Of a stretch of DNA of 64,000 nucleotides, positions 42,245 through 51,607 are shown in pieces. Source of the DNA: Deltaproteobacteria bacterium (GTDB lineage: Bacteria > Myxococcota_A > Polyangia > Polyangiales > Houyiibacteriaceae); contig JAXMNT010000002.1 in NCBI GenBank assembly GCA_034670305.1, forward strand, positions 32,001 to 96,000. The letters run 5' to 3'. Position 1 is the stretch's first letter; every line of letters begins with the position of its first letter. Made by a program: the position numbers and the translations under genes. The notes under the pieces were generated by a model, which made no database searches, was not told the DNA's origin, and saw only the letters and a list, made by a program, of their open reading frames with translations.

Positions 42245-43075
42245 TCAGACGCTGACGCCGTGATCTCGAAGCGCTTCGTTGAGCGAGGTCTTGCGATCGG
42301 TGCTCTCTTTGCGGGTTCCGATGATCAGTGCGCAGGGCACGTGGAACTCGCCGGCGGGAAAGGTCTTCGCCCGCATGCCCGGAATCACGACCGACCGCGG
42401 CGGCACGACGCCGCGGTGTTCGACCGGCTCCGACCCGGTCACGTCGACGATGCGGGTGGATGCGGTGAGCACGACGTTCGCACCGATGACCGCTTCGCGG
42501 CAGACCCGCACGCCTTCCACGACGATGGCGCGGGAGCCGACGAACGCTCCGTCTTCGACAATGACCGGCGTCGCACTGGGCGGCTCCAGCACCCCGCCGA
42601 TGCCGACCCCACCCGAGAGGTGCACGCCCGCGCCGATCTGCGCACAGCTGCCGACCGTGGCCCAGGTGTCCACCATCGTTCCAGTCCCGACCCGCGCGCC
42701 GAGGTTCACGTAGCCCGGCATCAGGATCGCACCGGGCTCCAGGTGGCTGCCGTAGCGCGCGGTGCCCGGCGGCACGACGCGCACGCCCTGCTTGGCGAGG
42801 TCGCGCTTGAGCGGGATCTTGTCGTGGAACTCGAACGGCCCACACTCCATCGTCTCCATCTTGCGGACGCCGAAGTAGAGCAGGATCGCCTGCTTCACCC
42901 AGGCGTGCACCGTCCACTCGCCGCCCTCTTCGCCCGGCGGCGTGGCGACGCGCAACGTGCCCACATCGAGCCGCGCCAGGACCTCTTCCACCGCTTCGCG
43001 GTGCGAGGACTTCTCGAGCAACGTCCGGTCTTCGAACGCGGCGGTGATGAGGGACTGAAGTTCCGAATCGGTCAT
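42245..43075 (-). CDS. dapD: 2,3,4,5-tetrahydropyridine-2,6-dicarboxylate N-succinyltransferase
   Basis: WVKQAILLYF, FHDKIPLK, RVVPP, MVDTWATVGSCAQIG, HLSGGVGIGGVLEP, KTSLNEALR. Confidence 0.96.
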   Translation of the reverse strand: MTDSELQSLITAAFEDRTLLEKSSHREAVEEVLARLDVGTLRVATPPGEEGGEWTVHAWVKQAILLYFGVRKMETMECGPFEFHDKIPLKRDLAKQGVRVVPPGTARYGSHLEPGAILMPGYVNLGARVGTGTMVDTWATVGSCAQIGAGVHLSGGVGIGGVLEPPSATPVIVEDGAFVGSRAIVVEGVRVCREAVIGANVVLTASTRIVDVTGSEPVEHRGVVPPRSVVIPGMRAKTFPAGEFHVPCALIIGTRKESTDRKTSLNEALRDHGVSV

Positions 43076-43130
43076 GCGCCGGACCCTACCACCAGCAGCG
43101 AATCGCTCCAGCAGCCCGCCCAACACCGGT

Positions 43131-43693
43131 TCAGCCGATGGCGCAGCCCGACAGCACGCAGACGAAGTGCGGCCATCGGAAGCTGCCATCCTCTTTGGTG
43201 CACCGCTCCGTCTCCTCGCAATCCGCGTCCACACGACACTCGTCTTCGGGTGTTCGGCACGACACCGCCGACGGTCCGCGCATCCCCGCCGGACCACTGC
43301 ACCCCATGTCGACTTGGCAGAAATCGTCCGAACACCCGACCTCGCCGTCCGCCGAAACCTGCGCGCACTCGTCCAGCAAGCAGCGGTTGCGTTCCAGGAT
43401 CCCGACACCGCAGGCGCACGTGAACCCAGAAGCGCAATCCAGATCCGACGTGCAGTCGTGGTACGTGCATTCCCCTTCATACGCAGAGACCTGAATGCAC
43501 CGACCTTGGTCGCCCTCCGTGCAATCCGCGCTTCTCTCGCATCCCATCCAGCCCCAGCAGTTCCGATGACCCTGTCCGACCGCTCCACCGAACACATGCC
43601 CGCGTGAATGCGGGGATCCGGATCCGGTTCAAGCGGAGCGACTCCGCAGGCCAACAAGAAGACACAGACCACGGCGCGACTCAGGTACCCCAT
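43131..43693 (-). pseudogene. Apparently frameshifted Cys-rich lipoprotein (or a sequence error)
   Basis: Signal peptide MGYLSRAVVCVFLLAC (ATG 43693, TACCGT 6 nt upstream) is in one frame; the Cys-rich body (CERSADC, CTSDLDC, CRTPEDECRVDADC) is in another. Confidence 0.55.
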
Positions 43694-43798
43694 GAACAAA
43701 CGGTAGCATTGACTACGGGTGCGCGACTGAGTCGGACGCAAAAGAGCGGCCTCCCGCAAGAGACCGCTCTTCACTTTGCTTTGCGCGTCTGAGTCCGT

Positions 43799-44791
43799 TC
43801 AGCTCGGGAGCAGGTCTGCGACTGCTTCGGCTTCGTCGGACAGCTCCTTCGCCGTTGCGTCGATGCGCGCGCGGCTGAACTCGTCGATCTCGAGGCCCTG
43901 GACGATCTCGTACTTGCCGCCCGAACACTTGACCGGGAAGCCGCACATCAGGCCTTCGGGCACGCCGTAACTGCCGTCGCTGCAGACGGCCATGGCCGAC
44001 CAGTCGCCGTCCGGGCTGCCGAGCCACCAGTCGTGCACATGGTCGATCGCCGCGTTCGCCGCCGACGCCGCCGACGACTTGCCGCGCGCGTCGATGATCG
44101 CCTTGCCGCGCTGCTGCACGGTCGGGATGAAGGTCTCTTCGATCCAGGCTTGGTCGCCGACGATCTCCGCGACCGTCTTGCCGTTGAGCTCGGCGTGGAA
44201 GAGGTCCGGGTACTGGGTGGCCGAGTGGTTGCCCCAGATGGCGAGCTTCTTCACTTCCGCGGCGGTGCATCCGAGCTTCGCGGCGGCCTGCGAGAGCGCC
44301 CGGTTCTGGTCGAGACGCACGAGCGCGCTCCACGCGGTCTTCGGAATGCTCGGTGCGTTCTTGCGCGCGATGTAGCAGTTGGTGTTGGCCGGGTTGCCGA
44401 CGACGCACACCTTGATGTCGCGTGAGGCGACCGCGTCGATCGCCTTGCCTTGCGTCGTGAAGATCGGCCCGTTCTCACGGAGCAGATCCTTGCGCAGCAT
44501 GCCGGGTCCGCGCGGCTTGGCGCCGACGAGCACCGCGACGTCGGTGTCCTTGAACCCGAGCATCGGATCGGACTGCGCTTCCATGCCCGCAAGCAGCGGG
44601 AACGCGCAGTCGTCGAGCTCCATCATCACGCCTTCACACGCCTTCATGACTTCGGGCACGGGGATGTCCACCAGCTGAAGGTGAACCGGCTGGTCTTTGC
44701 CCAGCATGTCTCCAGCCGCGATGCGGAAGAGCAGGCTGTATCCAATTTGACCGGCCGCTCCAGTGACGGCGACGCGAACGGGCTTCTTCAT
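43799..44791 (-). CDS. mdh: Malate dehydrogenase (type 2)
   Basis: [53 protein letters not shown]. Confidence 0.98.
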   Translation of the reverse strand: MKKPVRVAVTGAAGQIGYSLLFRIAAGDMLGKDQPVHLQLVDIPVPEVMKACEGVMMELDDCAFPLLAGMEAQSDPMLGFKDTDVAVLVGAKPRGPGMLRKDLLRENGPIFTTQGKAIDAVASRDIKVCVVGNPANTNCYIARKNAPSIPKTAWSALVRLDQNRALSQAAAKLGCTAAEVKKLAIWGNHSATQYPDLFHAELNGKTVAEIVGDQAWIEETFIPTVQQRGKAIIDARGKSSAASAANAAIDHVHDWWLGSPDGDWSAMAVCSDGSYGVPEGLMCGFPVKCSGGKYEIVQGLEIDEFSRARIDATAKELSDEAEAVADLLPS

Positions 44792-44898
44792 GCGACTCTC
44801 CTCCTCGAGGGAACTTCTGTGTTTCGAGGGGCCCTAGCGGCAGACGCCCGGCCTCCTCCCAACTTCGTTGGCGGCGGACCCTAGCACACGCGCTGGCA

Positions 44899-44940
44899 CC
44901 GCCAGTCTCGCGAAGCGAGCCAGGCCCGTAGCTGCAAGAA
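44899..44940 (+). repeat. Single copy of REP-like module A
   Basis: CCGCCAGTCTCGCGAAGCGAGCCAGGCCCGTAGCTGCAAG closely matches the 41.97 and 42.20 kb copies. Confidence 0.85.
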
Positions 44941-44998
44941 TCGTGGCCGACCTCCGAGTCCGTTGATATGCTTGAGTGGTGGCGCCTCCGCCACGACG

Positions 44999-45157
44999 AT
45001 GCCCGTCTCGATCGACATCACCAGCCTCCTCGTGGTCGCCAGTGTGGCGGCGGGGGCGCTCGTGGCACTTCGTCTGAGCATCGCCGTTCACAGGCGTCGC
45101 TCGGCCGAGCGGACACGCGGCATCCTGAAAACGGCCGGCGCCCAGCAGACCCGCTGA
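44999..45157 (+). CDS. Possible small single-TM protein
   Basis: MPVSIDITSLLVVASVAAGALVALRLSIAVHRRR: one hydrophobic helix plus a basic tail. Confidence 0.4.
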   Translation: MPVSIDITSLLVVASVAAGALVALRLSIAVHRRRSAERTRGILKTAGAQQTR

Positions 45158-45314
45158 ACGGCGACCGCCCTCCTTTGACAACCGCTGCGGCGATGCGACT
45201 TCCGGAATGCCGGTGGCCGCTCGGGTGTGTCGGCCTTAGGTCCCATGGGACCAAGCCGCGCACGACGCCGTGATGCGGACCCACACCCCAGCGAGACCAA
45301 GAACTGAGCACACA

Positions 45315-46151
45315 ATGGGACGCCTGATCGGCTACATGGCCAACCGCACCGATCGACTCGCGGCGGCGCTTCACCAAGAACGCGCCGTCGTCGCGCCACG
45401 CCCCAGCATTCCGCCAGCCGGAGCAGAGGGCGTACCCAAACCTGTCGGATGGGGACTCGGGTTCTATCAAAACGGAGAAGTGCTTCACAAGAAGCGGCCG
45501 CAGCTGACCGGCACGCTGGACTGGGAGGCGGTCGCGCGCGACGTGGTGTCGGACTGCGTGCTCTTGCACCTGCGGCAACCGACCGTCGGCGACTTTCGCA
45601 CCCAGAACACCCACCCCTTCCGGATGCGGAAGTGGCTCTTCGCCCACACCGGCACGATCGAACGCTTCAGCGCGATCGAGGAATCGCTCCGGGCGTCGCT
45701 CCCAGAGTTCATGCAGCGGAACGTGCGGGGCACGACCGACAGCGAGCTGCTGTTTCACCTCGTGCTCAGTTTTCTCCACGACGCGGGTCACCTCGACGCG
45801 CCCGCCCCTCGCGAGCAGATCGTCACCGCGGCGATCCGTTCTGCGGTCGCGCTCGTCGATCGCCTCTGCGCCGAGGTGAAGGCCCCGACCAGTCAAATCA
45901 ACATGGTCCTCACCGAGGGCCGAACCATGTATGCGCTCCGCCGTGGCGGTCCGATGGCCTACGTAGAACGACGTGGCATCCACGACGCCGACATCGACGA
46001 GCCCCCGAGCCGCACGAAACCGACCATGCTGCGGTACGTCATGGTGGTGGCCGAAGACGTGGGCGACCTCGGCGCCGACTGGCACAGCCTGGAATCCGGC
46101 GAGCTGGTCGTGGTCGACCGGCAGCTCGACGTCCACCGCCACGCTTGTTAA
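45315..46151 (+). CDS. Class II glutamine amidotransferase-like protein (YafJ/EgtC family) lacking the N-terminal Cys
   Basis: GWGLGFY, HLRQPTVG, NTHPF, WLFAHTGTI, GTTDSE; N-terminus MGRLIGY. Confidence 0.88.
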   Translation: MGRLIGYMANRTDRLAAALHQERAVVAPRPSIPPAGAEGVPKPVGWGLGFYQNGEVLHKKRPQLTGTLDWEAVARDVVSDCVLLHLRQPTVGDFRTQNTHPFRMRKWLFAHTGTIERFSAIEESLRASLPEFMQRNVRGTTDSELLFHLVLSFLHDAGHLDAPAPREQIVTAAIRSAVALVDRLCAEVKAPTSQINMVLTEGRTMYALRRGGPMAYVERRGIHDADIDEPPSRTKPTMLRYVMVVAEDVGDLGADWHSLESGELVVVDRQLDVHRHAC

Positions 46152-46157
46152 TTGGCA

Positions 46158-46421
46158 CTACGGGCCTGGCTCGCTTCGCGAGACTGGCGGCCCTAATTCG
46201 CGCCCGTCGCACCTGCACGTGCTCGCCGCCGAGCCATTGACGCAGCTGAGAAACCCATTGGAACATTTGGCGGCTGCGCGGCGTGCAGGCGCTCCTGAAG
46301 GCGCTCTGTGTTCACTTGGAAGTGCACCCGTTGCTCGCCCTGCGGGCTGCGCAGGTGCACTTGTCGGTGTGCTTCTTCAACAACGCCTCGGGCCTGGCTC
46401 GCTTCGCGAGACTGGCGGCCC
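46158..46421 (-). repeat. Second mosaic REP/BIME-like element (A-B-A, minus strand)
   Basis: Module A at 46158-46230 and 46389-46421; module B at about 46267-46367 is the reverse-complement homolog of 42021-42120. Confidence 0.85.
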
Positions 46422-46444
46422 GGGCGGTGTAGTAGGCTGCGCGC

Positions 46445-47083
46445 GTGAACGATCGGTGCGTCACGCGGAAGACGAAGGCCCTCCCTGCGGGTGGGTTGGC
46501 GATGGGGTTGGCGATGGTCGCGCTCGTGTCTTTCGGGTGTGCGACGACTTCGATCGAGTCGCTCGCGCCGGCTGCCCCGTCCAGCTCGCTCGATCCCGAA
46601 CCCTGGGCTCCGGAGCCGGGCGACAACGCGCGCACTGGGGAACCCACCGCTGTGGCGATCGCAGGGGGTGAGCAACAAGCGCAAGCGGTCGCGCTGCGGG
46701 TGCTCGAGGCGATCCGGGACGCGGACGACCGACTCCTCAACCGGATGCTGGAGGCGCGCATCTCCCGCTTGCAGCCACGGCCGAGCGCCGCCCAAGTCCC
46801 GCGCGAAGCACTGGTGGAGGCGTCCATTCGAAGTCCGCGGCGCGGATCGCTCGGTCCGCAGAGCCCTCTGTCCGAGTACTTCCAACTCGATCAGATGCGC
46901 ATGCAACCGCTGAGCGTGGTGATGCCGCAGGTACCGAACGGTCTCGAGGGTTCGGACATCCTCGTGTACATCCCGCTGACCCGGGCGGGACGGACGATCT
47001 TTCGGTTCCTCGTGCCCGGTTGGAGCCACCGAGGGAGCGTGCTGGTGCGGACGGGCGTCGACCCGAGGGTGGTGGGCTTGTGA
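46445..47083 (+). CDS. Hypothetical lipoprotein
   Basis: Hydrophobic segment ending VSFGC; TAGGCT 6 nt upstream of the GTG. Confidence 0.7.
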   Translation: MNDRCVTRKTKALPAGGLAMGLAMVALVSFGCATTSIESLAPAAPSSSLDPEPWAPEPGDNARTGEPTAVAIAGGEQQAQAVALRVLEAIRDADDRLLNRMLEARISRLQPRPSAAQVPREALVEASIRSPRRGSLGPQSPLSEYFQLDQMRMQPLSVVMPQVPNGLEGSDILVYIPLTRAGRTIFRFLVPGWSHRGSVLVRTGVDPRVVGL

Positions 47084-47111
47084 GTCGACTCGTGGGGATG
47101 GGCGCGCACCG

Positions 47112-47468
47112 ATGACCGAACCGGCCGACTTGGTGGGCCAAGCCCGCGTCGTGCTGTGCACCGCGCCGACGCTCGAGGTGGCTGAGACGTTGGCCCGCGG
47201 CCTGGTCGAAGCTGGCCTCGCGGCGTGTGTGAACCTCTTGCCCGGCGTGCGGTCGGTGTATCGCTGGGAGGGCGCACTGCACGTCGACGACGAGGTTCAG
47301 ATGGTCATCAAGACGACGGCCGCGCAGTTCGCCGCGCTCGAGCGGCACCTGCAATCGCACCATCCGTACGACACGCCTGAGGTCCTCGCCCTCGAGGTCG
47401 CGGACGGATCGCACGCCTACCTCGCGTGGCTCGACCGTCAGTGCCAGGGACCGCGCGAACCGACGTGA
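47112..47468 (+). CDS. cutA: Divalent-cation tolerance protein CutA
   Basis: LAACVNLLPGVRSVYRWEG, IKTT, HPYDTPEVLAL. Confidence 0.93.
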   Translation: MTEPADLVGQARVVLCTAPTLEVAETLARGLVEAGLAACVNLLPGVRSVYRWEGALHVDDEVQMVIKTTAAQFAALERHLQSHHPYDTPEVLALEVADGSHAYLAWLDRQCQGPREPT

Positions 47469-50188
47469 CGAGGTACTGCCCGTGCGGCGTGCGCGCGCTG
47501 GCGTTCGCGACGTGCCTCGTCGTGGTGCACTTCGTTCCCGAATCCGCGGAAGCCGCCGCGCCGACCAGCTACGCAGTCGAGGCACGCGTCGAGGGAGACC
47601 GAATCGTTGGGCGGGTGACCATCGAACTCGTCGTACCGGAGGGCGAGGACGAGGTTCGGTTGTGGGTGTACTCGGATCGGCTCGCGGTGGAGCCGAGCGT
47701 GCTGGACCAACACAACGCGCGCTGGATCTTTCCGCGCGAGATCGATCTGGCCGAGACAGACCTGGAAGCCGAACTCGATGGCCGGCCGGCGCCGCTGACG
47801 TGGACCCGGAGTGCGCCTGGCAGCGCCGAAGGACGCGACTACCGGGGCGGCGACGTGCGCTGCGCGGCGAACCCCGGACCCCACCGCCTGACCGTGGCGT
47901 TCTCCTACCGCGTGCCCGAACGGTTCGGCCGCCTCGGCCGGGTCGGCGACCGTTGGACACTGACCGGACCTTGGTACCCCCTGGTGATCGGTCAGGACGC
48001 GAACGGCGAGGAAGGCACGCGATTCTCCGTGCCGCATGCGGTGCATCTCGATCTCCCCGACGGACTCGAATCGTACAGCGAGGGGTCGACCGTTCGCGGT
48101 TCCTTGCGCCGCAGCCAGACTGGGTGGTTCGTGCCAGTGGTCGCCGCGCCGTCGTTGCACGTGCGCGAGGTCAGGCTCGAGTCCGGCCAGATGCTCCGCG
48201 TGGTCTCCCACCGCCCGCTCTACCAAGCGCCCTCTGCCACCGCGCAGGGCATGGCCGCGGTGCACGACATCGCGCGCGTCGACGTCGTCGGGCAGGTCGC
48301 GCGGGTGGCCGAACAGGCGACGTCCACCGTGCGGGCGGTGGGTCTGCCGCCACCGGTCCGTGCGGACGCCCCGATCGACGTCGTGCTCGTTCCCTCGCGC
48401 ACCGAACTCGCTGGCACCGCGCCGGGATGGGTCACCGCGAGCGACCGACTCTACGAGATCTTTCCCCAGCCCGACGTGCGCTCCTTTCACGACCGCGCCC
48501 TCTCCCGCGCCATCTTTCGCACCCTGCTCGAACCACTCGTCGATGCGGTGGACGACGTCGGGGACCGCACCTGGAGCGAAGACCTGCGCGCGGTGATCCT
48601 GGTCGACCTCGACGTGGTCCGGCAACAAGGCGAAGCCCAGAGCGCCGAGGATCTGATCGGCTGGGCCGGCTTTCACCCACTCGTCGACCAGCTGCTCTAC
48701 GCGCCGCAGGTGTCGTTCGTCGATGTGTGGTTCGGCATCGCGGAACCCGACCCGTACCGCGACGCACCGGAGCGGTCCCGCCGCCCGACCGCCCGCGGAC
48801 GTCGGCTGCTCGAGGCGGCCCGCGATGTGCTCTCGGAAGACGCGTTGCGCGCGTGGTCGAGGTCGCTCCTCACCGCACCCGTGAGCGCCCGCGCCAGCTT
48901 GGCGACCGCCTCCACCCTCGGTGCCAGCCGCCTCGAGGGATGGCTGCGCGCGCCCGCGACCTCGCTGAACTACCGCATCGCCAACCTCACGAGCGAGCGC
49001 ACCTCGGACGGCTACGCGCACGTGGTGCACCTCGAGCGGCAACTCGGCGAGGGATCCGCGGGGCGGGACGAACCGGTGGAAGTGCGCATCGAGACCGACG
49101 AAGACGAGGTGCGCACCGAACACTGGCAGGTTTCGGCGGGCCCGGATGGCGACACCGGAGAAGTGCGGTTCGAGACCCGCGGCGCGCTGCACGACGTGCA
49201 GGTCGATCCCCGAAGCCGAGTGGTTCAGGACGCCGCGGTGTCGCAAGGGCACCCTCGGCGGGACGACACCAACCGCCTCCCGTTCCGACCGCCGATCCTC
49301 CAGGGCATCAACCTCGCCTACTCGGCCACCGAAGGCGCAGTCGTCGGCCTGATCGATTTTGCGATCCGGCGGCGCTTCGACCTCGAGAACTCGTTCTCGC
49401 TGAGGCTCGACACCGGCCCCCGCTCGGTCGGTGGCCTCCTGCGCTACCGGCGCGGCATCGGTCGCAAACGAGACACCAACAACCGCATCGGCTTCCTCGT
49501 CGGCGGCCTCGAACTCGACCGGCTGCGCGCCGATTTCTCAGACGACGCCGAAGGCGGCTGGCGCGGCGCGGTGCTCGTCCAAGGGGGCTACAACACGCTG
49601 CGCTGGTTCCTGGATCCGCGCTCGGGGTCTTCGCTCGTCGGTTCGGTCCGCGCGGGCCTGGTGCGGCGGGACGATGGATCGCGGAGCTGGACCTTGAGCC
49701 CAAGCGTACGCGGCAACCTCACCGTGCCGATCGGGCTGCGGGCGTCGGTCGTCTTCGTCGGATCGGCGAGCTGGGTGTTCGGCGATCCACTCGCCGCGGA
49801 ACGTCCTGGGCTCGGCGGACGTTTCTTGATGCGTGGGTACCAAAACGCAGAGCTGGTCGGACGCGGCATCGCGTTCGGGGTGGTGGAGGCGCGTTTCACC
49901 CCGACGGCGTTCTCGGACATGGCGGCCAACGCCGTGCACATCGCCTGGATCCGGGAGATCCAACTCGCGCTCTTCGCTGGGGTCGGAGGCATCTTCGACC
50001 TCACCGACGGACGCGACGCAGCGCTGGGGCTCGAGGTGGGCGGTGGGGTGCGCATCCACTTCGAGTACGGCGGTGTGCAGCCGGGCGTCCTCGTGGTGGA
50101 CCTCGCGGTCCCGCTCCTCCGCACCGCCGAAGCGCGGGCGACGCGCAGTCCCGTCACCGCGTTGCTCGCATTCGAGCAGTACTTCTGA
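47465..50188 (+). CDS. Omp85/TamA-type beta-barrel fused to an N-terminal M1-aminopeptidase-like region
   Basis: Signal peptide; VPERFGRLG, WYP, VQVDP in the N-terminal part; LGGRFLMRGY loop-6-like motif and terminal FEQYF. Confidence 0.7.
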   Translation: MTRYCPCGVRALAFATCLVVVHFVPESAEAAAPTSYAVEARVEGDRIVGRVTIELVVPEGEDEVRLWVYSDRLAVEPSVLDQHNARWIFPREIDLAETDLEAELDGRPAPLTWTRSAPGSAEGRDYRGGDVRCAANPGPHRLTVAFSYRVPERFGRLGRVGDRWTLTGPWYPLVIGQDANGEEGTRFSVPHAVHLDLPDGLESYSEGSTVRGSLRRSQTGWFVPVVAAPSLHVREVRLESGQMLRVVSHRPLYQAPSATAQGMAAVHDIARVDVVGQVARVAEQATSTVRAVGLPPPVRADAPIDVVLVPSRTELAGTAPGWVTASDRLYEIFPQPDVRSFHDRALSRAIFRTLLEPLVDAVDDVGDRTWSEDLRAVILVDLDVVRQQGEAQSAEDLIGWAGFHPLVDQLLYAPQVSFVDVWFGIAEPDPYRDAPERSRRPTARGRRLLEAARDVLSEDALRAWSRSLLTAPVSARASLATASTLGASRLEGWLRAPATSLNYRIANLTSERTSDGYAHVVHLERQLGEGSAGRDEPVEVRIETDEDEVRTEHWQVSAGPDGDTGEVRFETRGALHDVQVDPRSRVVQDAAVSQGHPRRDDTNRLPFRPPILQGINLAYSATEGAVVGLIDFAIRRRFDLENSFSLRLDTGPRSVGGLLRYRRGIGRKRDTNNRIGFLVGGLELDRLRADFSDDAEGGWRGAVLVQGGYNTLRWFLDPRSGSSLVGSVRAGLVRRDDGSRSWTLSPSVRGNLTVPIGLRASVVFVGSASWVFGDPLAAERPGLGGRFLMRGYQNAELVGRGIAFGVVEARFTPTAFSDMAANAVHIAWIREIQLALFAGVGGIFDLTDGRDAALGLEVGGGVRIHFEYGGVQPGVLVVDLAVPLLRTAEARATRSPVTALLAFEQYF

Positions 50189-50203
50189 GAGCGTGCGTTG
50201 GTG

Positions 50204-51601
50204 ATGCGCCTTTCCCTCCGTTCGTGGTTTCCGGGATCTGCACTTCGGTCTCTCGCAACCGCGCTGTGCTGCCTGGCGTGGGGGTGTCCCTCGCCGTCTC
50301 CGACGACCACCACGCCACGGCCTTCCGTGCCCGATGCGGGCGTGGACGCCGGCCCTCGGTATGCGCCACTCCCTGTGCTGCCCCTGCCCGCCGAACCGCC
50401 GCCTCCCGACGACCCAGCCCCGTCCCCGTCCGACCGGCTCGCGCTCGGCGCCGAGACGAGTTGTGTGATGACCCGCGACGGACGGCTGCGCTGTTGGGGG
50501 TCGAACCGGTTCGGGCAGCTCGGTGCGCCCGCCCTCCCCCGCGGCCGCTCCGCGCGTCGGGAGGCACCGGCACTGGTGGCCGGAATCGAAGACGCCCGCG
50601 ATGTATCCGCCGGGACGTGGCATGTGTGCGTGGTGCACGCTGACCGCACGGTCTCGTGTTGGGGGCACGGCGCCTGGGGACAGCTCGGGGACGGCGCCAC
50701 CGAAGATCGCAGCGCGCCAGTGCGCGCGGCGATCGATGGGGTCGTGCAAGTCGCGGCGGGCGAAGGTCACACGTGCGTGCGCCGAGCCGACCGGACCGCC
50801 TGGTGCTGGGGCCACAACCACTTCGGACAACTCGGCGACGGCACCCAAGAAGATCGAACGGCGCCGGTGCAGGTCCCGCTCGAGTCCGTGGTCGAGATCC
50901 GCACCGGCCGCTCGCACACCTGCGCGCGGACCGAAGTCGACGAGGTCTCCGAAGTCTATTGCTGGGGAGAGAACCTCGACGCGCAGCTCGGCGACGGAAC
51001 CCGCTCCGAACCCGCCGGCTTCCGAACGACGGCTGCGAAGGTGGCCGTCGAAGCCGCGCAGCAACTCTCGATCGGAGCGGGCAGTGGATGTGTGCTCGGT
51101 GGGGGCGGCGTCACCTGCTGGGGCCGCAACGACTCCTACCAACTCGGCGCACGCCCGGGCGGCCACGCCGAGAGCGCGATCCTCGAACCGACCCCTATGG
51201 AAGCCACCGCGGACGCGACGCAGGTCGCCGCCGGCGCCCGCCACAGCTGCGTGCTCTTGCGCTCCAGCGAAGAAGACGTGACCGCGATCCGGTGCAGCGG
51301 CCTGAACAACCGCGGCCAGATCGGCGACGGTTCCCGATCGCTCCGTCGCGATCCAACCGAAGTCTCCGGACTCGGCAACGCCACCCACATCGCAGTGGGG
51401 GGCGAACACTCGTGCGCGCTCCGCGCCGCTGGCCCGCTCGTGGTGTGCTGGGGCGACAACCGACGCGGCCAGCTCGGGGACGGCTCGCGGCGGTACCGGA
51501 CCGAACCGGTCCCGGTCGTCGGCAGCGAACGATGGCGACCGGCCGCCGCAACCACGACGCCCCCCGGAGTGGCCGAAGCGGTTCCGCAACCACTTCGATA
51601 A
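50204..51601 (+). CDS. RCC1-repeat lipoprotein
   Basis: Seven repeats of G..H.C......CWG.N..GQLGDG; signal ending LAWGC. Confidence 0.92.
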   Translation: MRLSLRSWFPGSALRSLATALCCLAWGCPSPSPTTTTPRPSVPDAGVDAGPRYAPLPVLPLPAEPPPPDDPAPSPSDRLALGAETSCVMTRDGRLRCWGSNRFGQLGAPALPRGRSARREAPALVAGIEDARDVSAGTWHVCVVHADRTVSCWGHGAWGQLGDGATEDRSAPVRAAIDGVVQVAAGEGHTCVRRADRTAWCWGHNHFGQLGDGTQEDRTAPVQVPLESVVEIRTGRSHTCARTEVDEVSEVYCWGENLDAQLGDGTRSEPAGFRTTAAKVAVEAAQQLSIGAGSGCVLGGGGVTCWGRNDSYQLGARPGGHAESAILEPTPMEATADATQVAAGARHSCVLLRSSEEDVTAIRCSGLNNRGQIGDGSRSLRRDPTEVSGLGNATHIAVGGEHSCALRAAGPLVVCWGDNRRGQLGDGSRRYRTEPVPVVGSERWRPAAATTTPPGVAEAVPQPLR

Positions 51602-51607
51602 GTCGGC

